Shown here one piece after another: positions 1 through 13,559 of a stretch of 64,000 nt of DNA (the first letter of the stretch is position 1; each line of letters starts with the position of its first letter). Under the pieces are notes generated by a model. That model did no database searches. It saw only the letters and a program-made list of their open reading frames with translations, and was not told where the DNA came from. Made by a program: the position numbers and the translations under genes. Origin of the DNA: Trichosphaerium sp. ATCC 40318 (taxonomy: Eukaryota; Protista; Tubulinea); the NCBI GenBank assembly GCA_038496445.1, contig JALMLS010000627.1:62001-126000 (forward strand), in the 5' to 3' direction.

Positions 1-22
1 CCTAAGATGTGTAATATTACAT

Positions 23-893
23 TAATAAATAAATTGTTTATTTTCAAACTGTTTACAAATTACGTTTTACGAGCCCGAAGGTATTAATAGAAAGACCATA
101 ACACCTGTTTAGGCATACAGTTTGAACAAGATTCGTACCCGTACAAAGTTTCAACGCTATCATCTCAGGCTTCAAATACGTAAGCGCACAATGGTATAAT
201 TCTGTCCAAATAACAATACTAATCGATATTTAACATAAATTCACAATAATCTTTACCTTTTATTTTGATACTTTGGGCATATTAGCGACGTTATGGTTGT
301 ATTTTTCGTTGATACTTTACCTGTACTAGCAAAAAGACAATCTTGTCGTTTTAAGACGGCTCCCGGGTGCAATGTGGGTGCCCTCAGCGTCCAGTGTTAA
401 CGAACGGTGCTGGAATGTATCTCCTGGCCGTACCGGGGTTGTCGTGCTCAAGAGCCCGATAGGATGGAGAGCTACGGTACCTACAAGCCATGGTTCTTGC
501 ACAAACCGGGTGCTTGGATACGCTCTCCACGTTAACAGTTGTCGATTCCTTCGCCGATATACAAGGAAAATTGAAATACTTATGTACCATTCATTTGTGG
601 ATAAAAATAAAAAGTGGTATTGAGAAATGTTGATAATATACGATTTCAATCGCCCCACCATATTACATTGGTATTTATGAGCATGTTGTATCTTCGTTTT
701 ATTGACCAAAGGTAAATTCGAGGACAATTTCATCTAATTCACTGAAATATCCAGTCTAATACTCCAAATATGGATAATGCACATTTCAAAACTCTCAAAA
801 AGCCCTTGTACTACATATTTTCATGCGTATGAACGTATTAACGGTATCGATGATGTTTTGGTTCGCGAAACATGGCTAAACTATTAATTCTTT
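23..893 (-). repeat. Dispersed ~0.9-1 kb repeat, copy 1 (carries structured cassette type A)
   Basis: Near-identical in inverted orientation to 23255-24232; partial homology to 27807-28121 and 38385-39003. Confidence 0.9.
326..582 (-). ncRNA. Putative structured RNA cassette, type A (copy A1)
   Basis: Reverse complement of A2 at 23486-23742; stems, G-U wobble strand bias and T5 tract as described in the findings. Confidence 0.5.
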
Positions 894-1482
894 TTTCTGT
901 GTATATTTTAGGTGACTTCATTTGATTACTCCAACACAGTACGTTGATGCCAAAGGCTGTTTTACGCTATGTTCGCAATATATAAAGCGAATTCGGTGAA
1001 ATAGTACGCATATGGTAATGACGGTTAGTATGGTTCTAGTCATTGCATACATTGGTAGCGCTGAAAACATGTGGTTTCTCAGACATGCCAAACGCGAAAT
1101 AAGCTGTATTGTCTACGACGGAGAAATATCAACAAAGAAATTCTGAGCATGATGCTATGACAATTTATTTACATGCGAATTAGCGCTTTGCTTAAAACTA
1201 GCGGAAAATAATAAAATATGACCTCCACGCTTCCCCAAGAGCACTTGAGCGTTACTCCAATCCGAGCTGCCTGTTTCACGACATGTAACCACTTCTCACC
1301 TGGCGAAGACTACAATGAGATGGTTTGGGCAGTATCCGCTACTGAGGCGATTTCCTTTACGCTTGAAAATGTTGTCTTTTGTTCGTTTTATCAAGTAGAC
1401 AACACTTAACTGCAAAATAAACAGCTTCGGCAATTGTACAAACGTTCACTTGGAGTGATTCTGTCATTGTTGAACGCCTACA

Positions 1483-4400
1483 ATGAGCACAAAGAAATCA
1501 GCAAAAGCAAAGCACATCAAGCCCGCTAGTGACTCTTCTACGTCCAAGCGAAAGAAATCAAACCCTCCAAAGCCTTCAATGGATGTTACTAGCAAAACGA
1601 AAGAAGACAAGCTCGCTGCTACGCTCAATACGGTAAATCCAGCACTGGAAGCGTACGCAGATAAGTTTTCGAATGAAACAGAGCAATCAAAACCAAAACA
1701 GCACCGTAACTCGAATAAACCAGCAAGACTACAAAATCAAATGTTTCAGACCGTTTGGGACGCTTTAGACGAAGATGATGGTAAGTTACAGCTTTTAAGC
1801 GATTAGCGCGTTTTCTCGCCACTCAATGTCGTTTTGTGCGTTTTTGAGCAATAGCCATGTTTGTAGTTATTAAAAGGGCAAACTAAAAAACGGCAGTAGC
1901 ACACCTCTCTTATTTGGTGAAACGCGCTTTGCTAATTTTACCTCACTTTGTCTGTAATACTTATTTCGCTTATAGAGCGCATCGCTGTTGAGATGAGTAA
2001 TATGCTACATAATCTGGAAGACAACAAAGCACTTCTTGAAGCGTTAACAAGCACAAACCCTAAAACGTTTAAAAAGAAAAAAAAAATTGAAGTAGAAGGC
2101 AGTTATACTGGTCCTATTGTACCAGAGAAAATAACTATTCAAACAGCAAAAGATATGCTTGATGCATTCTACAAAGGAGAGACACTTCACCACAAGTACG
2201 TTCATTCGTGACAGTTATAATGGCGTTGATGTCTTTTTCGTTGAATGAACTGTATAACTTATCTGTTTTAGGTATGCTGAGTTCCTGACGTTAGAGACTA
2301 TGCGTCATATGGAGAAACACTCAAGTGTTATAACACATCTTGATGTACCTGATAGTGCTAGAGTCGTTGTGGTTGGTGACATTCATGGACAACTAATTGA
2401 TCTTCAAACAATTATAAAAAAAGTTGGTATGAACTTGTTACTTTTTCGAAAACAAAAACATGTTGCTTAACGTTCTTGTACTTATTTTTTTCAGGTTGGC
2501 CATCTTCTTCTCTTTACTATGTATTCAATGGGGACTTTGTTGATAGAGGTCCACAAGGACCAGAGGTATGGTCACTTTTAGAATGATGTCAATCACTTTC
2601 TTCTTATTTTCTTTTCAAATAAGGTGTTGTGGATTCTCTTTACTCTAAAGTTAGCTCTACCAGAATATGTATTTTTGAATCGTGGTAATCATGAGCTACG
2701 AAGAATGAATACTAGATACAATTTCATGGTTCGTATTATACGAAGGAAAGAGTGTTTTTTTGTTTTAAAACTCAACTAGCGACAAATGATAGACAGATAT
2801 GACATTTTGTTGTTTGATTACATCCAAGATGTCTTCTCATTATTGCCTTATGCAACATTAATACAAAAAAAAGTACTAGTAATACATGGTGGATTACCAC
2901 CGTACTCAGACTTTGCATTAGAAGAGTTGTCAAAGTACCGTGCAAAATATTGTGTTAATTTCCAACGATGATATAGGTTTTCTTGGAGAGAACAATTACC
3001 GCCTCCTAAAAAGGCTCAAAAGACACGTGAAGGTAATATTTTAGAGGCACTTCTATGGAGTGACCCAATGGCAGCAAGTGGATGTAAATTGAGCCACAGA
3101 GGTAATGACAATCTGTTAATCAAGAATTATTTTCTTTACTTTGAAAACATTTAATTCATTTAACAGGCGCTGGTTTCCATTTTGGGCCAGATATCACAGA
3201 ATCTTTTATTAAGAATAATAAGCTGTCGTACATTATTAGATCACATGAGGTAAACCTTTAGCCTTGTTATCGTTTAAACATTTACGTCTAAGACTTGGTT
3301 TGCTTACTTTTTTGTTACAGAAAGTATCTCAAGGTTATAGCATATCACATAACAACAAGCTCATTACAATTTTCTCTGCTTCTTACTATAACGGAGCAAA
3401 TTTCAATAAAGGAGCTGTTATAGTATTAGACGCTAACAATGTCACCATGCCAATGTTTCAGTACGTTATTGAATTGTTGGGGTTTTTTTGCTCATTATTA
3501 TGCTTCAGGCAATATACAGCTGAGAGTGTTGGTGTAGACAACCACGGTTTGAGAAGAAAGTGCAAACACAATACACTACAAAAATTACGGGAGCGTATCT
3601 TTACACATAGACATGACCTCTATTTGCGATTCTCTAAGGTAGATAGAGAACAAGAAGGTAACGCTCAGAAGCATTTTTTAACCTCACAAATAAAATAGGT
3701 AGAGTAAGCGTAGATGACTGGTGTAAAGTCATGCAAAAAGTTCTTAAATTGAAGATTAATTGGAAGTTAATGATGCCGTACTTGGCAACAGGTTAGTATA
3801 CATTCTACTCGTACTTTTGTACCCTCATGTTATCGCTTCAACATTGCTTGTCACTCTCTCCTTCAAGGAGTGAGATTTGAACTACATAACAATTGTTTTT
3901 TATTGATTTAACCAACCTATAGAAAAGAGAGGTACAATAAACTATGCGCGGTTTGTTGACCGGTACTTGATAAATATGGATAAGTACGTAACAAAAAACT
4001 GAACTTGTTTTATCCTTGTGCAGCGAGGTGATTGCTCTAACAGTTTTGTTAAGGAAGTTTACTGAAAATTGGAGTCGAAGAATCATCAACGAGATAACAG
4101 CCAAAGTGCTTAGTAAATCTGAAGATGTTCATGACGCTTTCGAAGTGTTTGATAAAGCAAATAATGGAAAAATATCTTACTTAGAGTTTGTTCAAGTTGT
4201 AAAAAAATACAAAGTTGACGTCACAGAAGATGAACTGTACGTGTACTATCTGCTATTTCCATGCATCAATCTCCATCTAAGAATATACTAGTTTTGATTT
4301 TGTGCGAGAGATAGATACAAAGAAACGAGGCTACATAAATTACAAGAGTACGTGGTCTTGCCATGGAACGAAAAACTTACTTTGTTTTTCAGGTTTTGTT

Positions 4401-5296
4401 GATCGCTTTGAGGTCCAATCAACAATGGATGTTGGTGAAGACCAGGTACACAAATAAGGCTTTTTGTTAATTATAGTAACCAAGTATTACAGGAATGGGT
4501 TGATGAGGTTGTAAGAAAAGTAGGACCTGAAGTACTTGCAAACAGTAAAGCGCTACAACAGCAATTTGACCTTCAGGAAAAAAAAGTACTCCACAAGATT
4601 GTTATTGTCCAGCTCAATCTAATGACCCTGCTCACTTTTAGTATAACGGCACACTATCCAGTAAAATGTTTCATAACACGTTGACTACCTCATTATCAAA
4701 AGCCAAAAAAGGAGAAGCAGCAATGGGTACAAAACTTGATCATCACTACATCACGTTATAGCTTGTACCTTTTTATTGTTGTAGATTCAATGCGTGTTGC
4801 AGCTTATGTAGATGTTGTTAGTAGTAAAAAAGGAGGAAAATTAACATGGAAAGGCTTTGTAGATACCATAAGGTAAAAATCCAAAACGTGATTTTTTACA
4901 ACACTTTTCTGGGTTTTTTCCTGATTTTGGTGTTAATAACTTCTTTAGAGTTGTCGATAAAATGAAGAGTAGTTGGGATAGACAAGTAATGCAAAATGTT
5001 TGTACAATCATACATAAATCGAAACATAAGGTGAGACCAATACGAGAATCAAATAACTCTAATGTTGTTTTTAGCTTTCATACATTATGCAGCGTATGGA
5101 TCCAGATAAAACTGGTCTTTTGTCTGTAGATTACTTTACAGCTGCTCTTATTGCTGTAAACGAACTTATGGGTACCCCTTTGGCATCTCAACGTATAAAA
5201 ACTGTGCACAAGGGAGTACCAAAAGATAAAAATGACAACGTGTACTACGAAAAGTTTTTAAATGCATGTACTGTAGTTGATAGCCATAAACAATAA
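1483..5296 (+). CDS. PPEF: PPEF/rdgC-type Ser/Thr protein phosphatase with C-terminal EF-hands (multi-exon)
   Basis: Spliced exons give PPP motifs GDIHGQ, GDFVDRG, RGNHE, HGG, LLWSDP, IRSHE and SASYY; EF-hand loops DKANNGKISYLEF and DPDKTGLLSVDYF; GT-AG introns. Confidence 0.9.
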
Positions 5297-5309
5297 AATC
5301 TTATTGACT

Positions 5310-5970
5310 TCACCAAAAGAAAACGCACGCTAAAAGTATGAACGCCAGTCAATGATTTAGTATCATCTGCTTTACTTATACTAAGTGTAAACCGCGAACC
5401 ATCATCCATACAGTTTATAAAACTAGATTTATTGTAGTAACACCACTCAACGCTTTAGTATATCATGTTAGCACCCTTTAAAGCTTTCAGACCTTTGTTT
5501 GTTATAGTTTTGCCTGAAAATCAATCGTGTGTACTCCAGATAGCGCTCGAATGCCTTCATCTGTTATTCTTTTATTGCCACAAAGACGAATTGTACGAAC
5601 ACTAATAGCTCTAGACGTTAGGCTGCAAATTCTTGTTGATGACAACTCAATCTCTCGTACACCAACAAACGACTTAATACCAAAGTATGTTACATCTCTA
5701 CAGCCGCAAAAGTTTATAGTCTTCACACCTTTAAGTATCGTTCTCAAAGAAGTTTTTTTCAGGAATGCTTCCGCAAAGCACATACAAGTCATGAAGCCTC
5801 GCTTCGATTTCACCATAGCCGACGTGTTCGTGAATAATATCAAGCAATAAATGGCACGTTTGGGCTGAACGGTGTGTAAATATTCCTTGTAAACGAGTGT
5901 AACTTACACAGGTACGTTAAAGTGTAAACTTACCACTTTTAATAATATGAACGATAATTGCAACTGGTAG
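5310..5970 (-). pseudogene. Degenerate F-box/LRR protein
   Basis: LTALPVAII F-box-like start; LRRs INFCGCRDVTYFGI and IRLCGNKRITDEGIRAL; frameshifts and stops. Confidence 0.6.
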
Positions 5971-6647
5971 TGCTGTAAGATCGAATGTACCACGATTGAT
6001 GCCGTCGTCGTTGTTTGTTGTATTCCATTTCTTTATGTTAAATGACTGAGTCGCTCAAAAATTTCGGCTGACTCAACGACTGACTTTCCGACTTGAACGG
6101 CAAAGGTACTCCTTTGAGCCTTTGAAAATTCTAATTTTATACAAAAATGAGTTTTTTGTGATAATACGCTACAAGCAGCACCAACACAGAGTGAATGGTA
6201 ACATGTCACACCAATCTGATGCTAACAGAGCGCTTAGGCGATGTATTTATCCTTTTTTTTTTTTAAAGTCTAGGACGGCTCACCGAGCCAACGATTACAA
6301 GCAATTATTTGCATACAAGATACATAGTTCCTTCGATCGCCAACAGAGCACCAAAAACGTGAAGCTACGAACTTCCGCCCAAAATGTTAAAAGGGATTTG
6401 AACCCTTCCCATCCTTTCCACCTGAATGTTAGAGGAGAAAACCAACTCCCAGTTGACCGGACAAGTCAAATGGTAATTGTTAGGTTGTCGCGATAAATGT
6501 TGAATCTGTTTCCATGTGTCATCGAGCTCATCTTTAATTACTTTTCTATGAACTGATATTGGTAACAGACCTTTCGAATGTGTAGCATTGTTATAAATCT
6601 TCCATGTCCATTTGATCAGGATAGCCATACTTTACTTTACTTTTATT

Positions 6648-8146
6648 CCGGCCCATCGAAGTCGTCATCAAAAAAGTCAACTTTTGTAAACCCAAAAATT
6701 GTGGATTTCACAATAAACAACACGTAACTCCCCAATGTCGCAACAACGATGTGGCTTTTCAAAGTATTATGGCAAACGCCCAAAGGAGCGCGTGTTGAAA
6801 CGGCCAAACAGAGAATCCATACAGTATGTAGTTCATAACATCTGCGATACTGTCAACTAATATTTCTTTGGGCTCCGATTTTGACAGCAGCATTGAAGCC
6901 TTACGGATTTACCTATGTTGACTATCCCGTGTTTGACATGCGGAATAAACTTAAAAAACAATGTAGTGTTATTGGTATTGGAAAAGCAAAGGCACCAATG
7001 GCATTTTTCACCTTCAAGTGGGACAATTAGATTTTTGAAAACTTGCCATACACAAGCACATATGAACAACATCACACTGACGTAAAAAATGGGATCACTA
7101 CCCATATAACGAACTTCTCTGGCATAGTGATATGCTTCTCTGGCATAGTGATATGGCATGGGATTATTGGAATACGGAATATTTGCACATTGTGGAGCAC
7201 AGGTGAAGCACAAATTTTATTACTTGGAAAACAGGTTTGTTGCAACTTAATCACTACTTCAACATCTCTGCCAACATGAAATTTGATGCTAACATGGTAC
7301 ATTCATTTCTAGTGATTGTCTTTAAGCGCCATATGGTACCAGGTTATTTCACTTGTGTTGATGAACTCTGTATTCCAGCACAATATTTCAATTGCCTGGT
7401 AAAAGCTCACATCATTAAGAAACCATACGCCTGGGCCATAGAATTGAAGTGTCTCGATGATTCGAACTATGTATCTGATTGAATTTATCAATGCTTTTAT
7501 ATAGCCTCATCTCACATCAATTGAATCCTTCTTTCATGTGCAAAATGGTCGAAAACAATTGGAAGATGCCATTATTTTACAAGTGACTCTAATTTTTGTT
7601 CAGCCATGGATCTCAACAAGCCGGGGGACTTTGGCTTAGACGCTACTGTATCATGTAACACAAACCACTGTCAGTGGCCTTGAAGCAATCACTTGCAAAA
7701 AAAGTGCCTGTGGGATACACAAGATTGGCACCATTGGACAAAACTGTTTCCGTTGCAACAAATAACAATGAAATCGTAAAGTTGGCCACTCTCTACTGTG
7801 TCCATGATGACAAAGGTTCATTTGACAGTAGCAAGAAAAGGTATGTTCAAAAATAATAATGATGACACCAAGGGAAATAGTGATCAATTTGGCCAGCTGG
7901 TCAAGTCCTATTGTACAGATAGGCGGTTCAAAAAATGGAACATGACACTTCTTGTTGGTTGGTTTTACTACACCCTCACAAATGCTTTTATTCTGTATAA
8001 GTGTCAAGACGGAGCCCTTACTCCCATAGTTTTTTATAAGAAACTGCAACGGAATTGCTTCTCACAGGGACAGGAAAATAACCTCCTAATAAATTTATGA
8101 CAGTTTTTTTTTTTTTGTTATTTTTCATGACGACTCCTTTGGCCGG
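6648..8146 (+). mobile_element. Decayed piggyBac-like DNA transposon
   Basis: Broken transposase segments TCVDELCIP...KKPYAWAIELKCLDD and DTKGNSDQFGQLVKSY...RRFKKW...LTNAFILY (PGBD-like); imperfect TIRs CCGGCCCATCGAAGTCGTCATCAAAAA (from 6648) and TTTTTCATGACGACTCCTTTGGCCGG (8121-8146); right flank TCAA is one mismatch from TTAA. Confidence 0.8.
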
Positions 8147-8179
8147 TCAAGATTCACGTTGACGTTCTTATACAAGTTC

Positions 8180-9610
8180 TAATTAAATACAATATATTCT
8201 AATCTCTTGTCCTTGTTTTTCCGTCTGTTCCACTTGTCGCCAGGGTCCTCAACGAGGGTCTCACAAAAAGTTGATCCATGATAAATCATCGACCAAGGTA
8301 AACCAGACTGTGCGGAATACCTGCCTGGCTCGGACCGCGCACTAGCTTCGTATGGTAGCGTTGCTAGTCAGTGTTAGATGGAGTAAGGGGATTTCCACTT
8401 GTCATGGAATAATTTGTTTCGTTCAAGTAGGCAGGTGGGTTGAGCATACTTGGCGTTGTAGGTGTCATTGTTGTGCGGTCCGGTCGCTTTATTTAGCATG
8501 TATCTGCCGCCGAGGTTGTTGTTTCGGAGTTTGAACAGGAAGCGGTTGATGTTGTCCTTAAGGGGTATGCGTTCATTGGCCATAGCCACCTGGTTATACA
8601 AGCTTAAGGAAGACAGTTTGTGAAGTGTGTCAGAATTATAAGGGAAAGCTAACTGTAACGACTTAACCGTCAGATGAGCTAAATCAGCCGGTGGCGATTT
8701 AAAAAGGATCCATAGTCACGCAACAGAGGAAATTTAGCAAAAATTTTGGAAGAGTGCAATTGTGTGAAGGTTTTACAAAGTGCCTCACCATGGACCTTAA
8801 GCATCTTTTTGATGGTAGGTGTGAGGTCGTCTTCCACTTCATCTAATGTGAAAGCATACAGATCACGGGCGCTTCTAGGCCCTTTGACAACTTTGGCAAG
8901 AATCTGGGCCTCAGTGAGGCCTTGAAAGGAGCATATAGGGACTGCCACGCATTGCGGCATTGAGTGTAATGGTATGAAGCCACCTCCTTCGACCAATAGG
9001 AACCGTGGTAATTAAACCACAGATTACATAAGCCATGGTATGGCTCTGAACCATAACTAAAAATAAATGTTTCCCAAGCGGACGCTAAAAGCACTAAGTT
9101 AAAACGTTTAGGTTGTAACAGACTGAAGCTACCTGAATGTATAGGGTTGAATAACCTAGAAGGCTTATTATAGATAGCTTTGGAGTGAAAAAACAGCGTC
9201 GTAAGGCTGCCCTCTCAATAGCAGCTATCACTGGTTAGCTAGAATAAAGCGGAACTAGTAAGTAAAAAGAGAGATAGTATAAGAAGAGTAGATGGTTTTT
9301 TTGGAGATGAGGGTACGCGTCATTGAACGCCAGCGGCTAACCTTAGTATTCATCTTGCTAACAACATCCCAAACGGTATTTTTGAGACCTGTAGACTTGC
9401 AAAAAGATGTACCAAGGTACCTAACCTCGTTAACAGACTGAAAGGTACATCCGTCAAAATTGGATATAGAAAAACACTTAGAGCGGTTGGCAATTAGACC
9501 TATGGTTGCTTTAGCTCCTCTGAGAACGTACTGTATAATGAGAGACTCCTGAGGTGATGTACTAATGGCAGCTACATCGTCAGCAAAAACCAAGGGAAGA
9601 AATATGCTGT
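8180..9610 (-). mobile_element. 5'-truncated, frameshifted non-LTR retrotransposon (L1/Tx1-like RT and C-terminus)
   Basis: VFADDVAAI catalytic motif, VRYLG and KVSRWRSMTRTLISKKTI thumb region (9255-9593); downstream broken ORFs 8374-9094; ends approximate. Confidence 0.8.
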
Positions 9611-11056
9611 TTGTGGAGCTACGCCACTAAGCCTGATGTATTTATCCTAGTTGTTTCTGAAATTGAGGCCATTTAAAGTCGCTTAGTCAGTAGATGCCAA
9701 AAATTTTGAGTCGACTTTCAGTCAGTCAACAGTCGACTGTTTAACATCACTAGTTAAACTGTTTTAAAAATTCGGTTTTTATTCTCAAACTGAACAAACA
9801 CGTTTTGCACATTTTTCCGGAAACCGGTACTACCTAAAAAACTGAGGTACTTAACATGAGATAATGTCGAACAACATTTTCTACGCTCAAAAAAGCAATA
9901 CAGAGAGTTGAACAAGTGGGAAAAAAAAGTTAAATTTCATGCAAAAAACCAAGAAACTAATTTCTTCATTTCAATCCTCTTTTTTTCTATGTTTGTTAAA
10001 GGCTTTGCTTTGGGTCTAAACCTTTTGCACGCCAAGAAGCCATTACAAGCTGAAACCGGCTGGTTTCTGCCTCTGAATGATGGGCGCGTAAGCTGATAAG
10101 AGGCGAGAAACGAAATCAAGAACAAAATCCACGTGAAAACAAGTTTTTTAATTCTTCTTAACTCAACTAGTTCAACAGCGTCACCAACTGATTTATCTTT
10201 AATTTAACCAAACGTCAAAAAGATTAAATGTGTGATGAGCTTGAATACGACCTAATTGCAAATGGTGAATCCATTTGCACATGTTTACTTTTTTTTCTTT
10301 TTGCACCTATCGCAACTCGAAAAATCTGAGTCTATAGCATATTTCAACTGATCTCTCTTTAGTTGATATGTCCGAAAATGACTGAAAGGGTGTTGGAAGA
10401 GTATTTAACTTAAGTCTATAAGGTTGATACTTCGGAATCACAGAACATGTATAACATACTTGGATGCCAATATACTTGTCAATCGTTTATAATGACATAA
10501 TGAAGGCCAGCCCTTCATACCTCAGAACGTTCCCATATTGTTCCTACAGCCTTGTTCTACATGCGCTTTATTCGCAGCGTATTGACTCTATTATCTGTCT
10601 CATTCAAGTTAGACCAAGGTTGAGTGTCTGACTGGTTAGTCAATCGTCATACACGTTTGGTTTGGTGCAACTCCAAATGTCAACCCTTAGTGAGCACCAA
10701 TGTAGGCTTGCTTAAGAATGGGTCAGTACCGGCGCGTAGACTATCAGAACGTGACCAACAAGACCAACTCAGTATAGCAAGCAGAAATCACCCTTGTATC
10801 AGCTGACAAATAGTGTTAATTCCCAAGGTGCGATGTGGTAAAACAATATAGGACCCAGAACTGCAATAAATGCGGAATTAGAAAATAACAGGCATTTTTT
10901 TGGGTGTTTGACTACATGGTACAGCTTTGTTGCTCGCGTTCACTAACGAAAATTGCTTTACCGTGATTATATATAATCGTTTATTCAATAATTTACTTCT
11001 TTATCGAAATTGCGCTAACAACGCAGTGTAAATGAATTTACTGCCCTCTAGCTTGC

Positions 11057-11626
11057 TTACTTGTTATCAAGAAACATGAGCCGATTGGCTTCTGTGATGG
11101 GAACATCTGTAATGGGCGGTATGTCGCCTGGTGGGCCAGTCAGCTCCGAAATATGTACAGACTTGTCGTCTAAATACACGTTGGCATTTTAAAGTAAACT
11201 GGTTTCCGTACCTCTGACTAGTTTCATTGAGTCTAGTGGTTCTGTATTGAGCAAGTTGATACAGCAATACCAGAAAAAAAACGTTGCGAGAGTTACTAAA
11301 ATCCAGGTAGGTAAAGCAACCGCCCAGTATCTAAATACGCATCAATACTGTCGCGGGAGTGCTGGACCGTACTTGTCAGGGAAATACGTTATGCCAAGGC
11401 TGTAGAGCATAGAATCGGGTAGAAATGACCACACCATAAAGATCACTAGTAACAGTTAACACTAGCACGAACCTCATGATGTACCAAACGACACACAGCC
11501 TGACGCCCATACTACAAAGCCATAAACTGCCTTGTTTGCCCCTGCAACGAACTATCGCTCATGAATAAAGCTTTCTTGGCTTGCGCTTGCCTGTACTTTT
11601 CGCTTGCGATTTGTAACGCGCTCCAT
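11057..11626 (-). CDS. PIGP: GPI-GlcNAc transferase subunit P (PIG-P/Gpi19); only its C-terminal region is overlapped (out of frame) by the ORF track
   Basis: Spliced product AVYGFVVWASG...[27 protein letters not shown]...IPPITDVPITEANRLMF matches the PIG-P pattern. Confidence 0.85.
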
Positions 11627-11795
11627 CACGAAATACAGGCGTTGGCGAATAAAAGAGGTTCGACGAGGTGCAGATACTGTTGCTTAAGCTAAAATTGGAC
11701 CACGGACTCTAGTTGACATACTACACCTTTTCTAGGTTTAAACTGTTGCTTTAGCTAGCTACGAGCAGAATTATAGGCCTATAATTCTTTATAAT

Positions 11796-13254
11796 ATGGC
11801 TGCACCTAGCAGTGAGCCCAATAATATCAACGAGCGTTTGCAGGTAGGATAGAGCCTTTATTTAACAGTACCAACACGTATTTGCGTAGAAATTGCGTAA
11901 CGAGTGCGGTAACTTGCGAGAGCTGTTGCGGAAGGACAAATTACAAAGTAATAACGCCAACAATTGTACGTGTAAAGAATTTGCTTATTCGATTGCCAAC
12001 TCTTTACTCAGTGAGCGATTTTACAAAAGCAGAAGGAACAGACACAATGTACGCGTTTGTAATTACATAATATCGAGTTTGAACTAATTTAACGTAGTGA
12101 TGTCATTAAACAGCTGCACATCAGGCACGCCATTAACATTAAATAGCCGCCAGCGCACAGTATTCTAACACTAACACAAGGCGAACGTTACAAGGTCATC
12201 AGTCAAAAGTACACGCGTTGGATTGGTCCTTAGATAATGAACACATCGTTACAGTAGGTCAGGACGCGCGACTGATACTATGGCATGCGCTTCAAGGAAC
12301 AATTGGTAAAAAGCAACCAATTTTTTTCTCGGTTTAACTTTTGAGTAGTTCAGTCTGTACCTTTAGAAACAAATTGGACAATGACGTGTGCATACTCTCC
12401 AGATGGAACAATAGTAGCTACAGGCGGGTTAGATAATGCCTGTAGCCTGTACAATAGCAAAACAGCAAAGAAACAGAGCGTGTTGAAGGGACATACAGCT
12501 TACATCTCATGCACGTTTTTTTAATTCTTTACCACTGTACAATTGTTACTTACTTACTCGAAGGCTGCTGTTTTATTTCTCGTAAGGAATTATTGACATC
12601 AAGCGGTGATATGTCAGTCAAGTTGTGGGATTTGATAAAAGAGACTACACAAACAGAATACAAGCATCACAAAGCTGATATAACCAGCATTAGCCTAAGA
12701 CCTGGAGGTCAGTCGTTTTTAACGTCGTCTTGCGATAAGACGATCAATTTATGGGATACGCGGACGGGAAAACAGCAACAAACCTTTAAAGGTCATACAA
12801 GTGAAGTCAATTGTGTGAAGTGCGTTTGCTAAGCGAAAACAAAGTTCTAAACCTATTTTCAGGTACTTTCCAAATGGTTTAACATTTGGATCCGGATCAG
12901 ACGACTCTACATGTCGTCTCTTTGACTCACGATATAATAATGGCTCTTTAATGACCTACAAACTTGATCGTTATAATAGCGGTGTAACTGCTATTGATTT
13001 TTCGCTATCTGGACGCAATATGTTTGCTAGCTACGACGATTAGTATGTTTTATTACGGTTTTGATGTTTTTCCAAGCTAAAAACTAGTACTAACGCGATG
13101 TAGCGCTTGTCTTGTTTGGGACACGCTAAGCGGTGAAAAGTTACCATGGGAACTGGATGGACACGACAGTAGAGTGTCTTGTCTTGGCGTTACGAGATCT
13201 GGAGACGCAGTCGCTACAGGGTCATGGGATTCTCGCATTCTTATTTGGGCTTGA
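11796..13254 (+). CDS. GNB: Heterotrimeric G-protein beta subunit (WD40)
   Basis: N-terminal helix, [74 protein letters not shown]-stop. Confidence 0.9.
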
Positions 13255-13559
13255 TAGCACTCAACAAGTATTTCCCAAGCATCAAAAATCGAGAAAGAAA
13301 CGAAACAATTTTGCGTCGGAGTGGCCGTATTGCCGCTTGTAGGGTTTTTTTTTTTTTCAGGGTACAAGGTTCAACTTGCTGTTACACCGCAAACAAAAAG
13401 AGGTACATGTTCTATCTTACCCTGTAAAGCAATGTACAACAGTAAAATATAAACTACAATGTCAAAAAGACAATTACAACCAAAAATATCCGTGGGTTTT
13501 TTTTGTTTCATTGCAGGTCTAGGTGTTGAGTAGTGTGGTCAGAAACGATTGTTTGGTAT

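Noticed and set aside
326-733. Repeated ORFs (326-733, 372-623, 23335-23742, 38641-38947) as proteins
   Set aside because: Frames break between copies (1-nt deletion in A3) and are not kept in types B and C; conservation follows base pairing, not codons
1218-1400. GC-rich stretch with U1-like words (CTCACCTGGC, GCGATTTCC) and faint cassette-like words on the minus strand
   Set aside because: Lacks U1 loop I/II motifs, an Sm site and the cassette boundary motifs; left unassigned
10228-10900. Possible C/D snoRNA or gene
   Set aside because: A box C-like word is present but no convincing box D, terminal stem or open spliced frame was found
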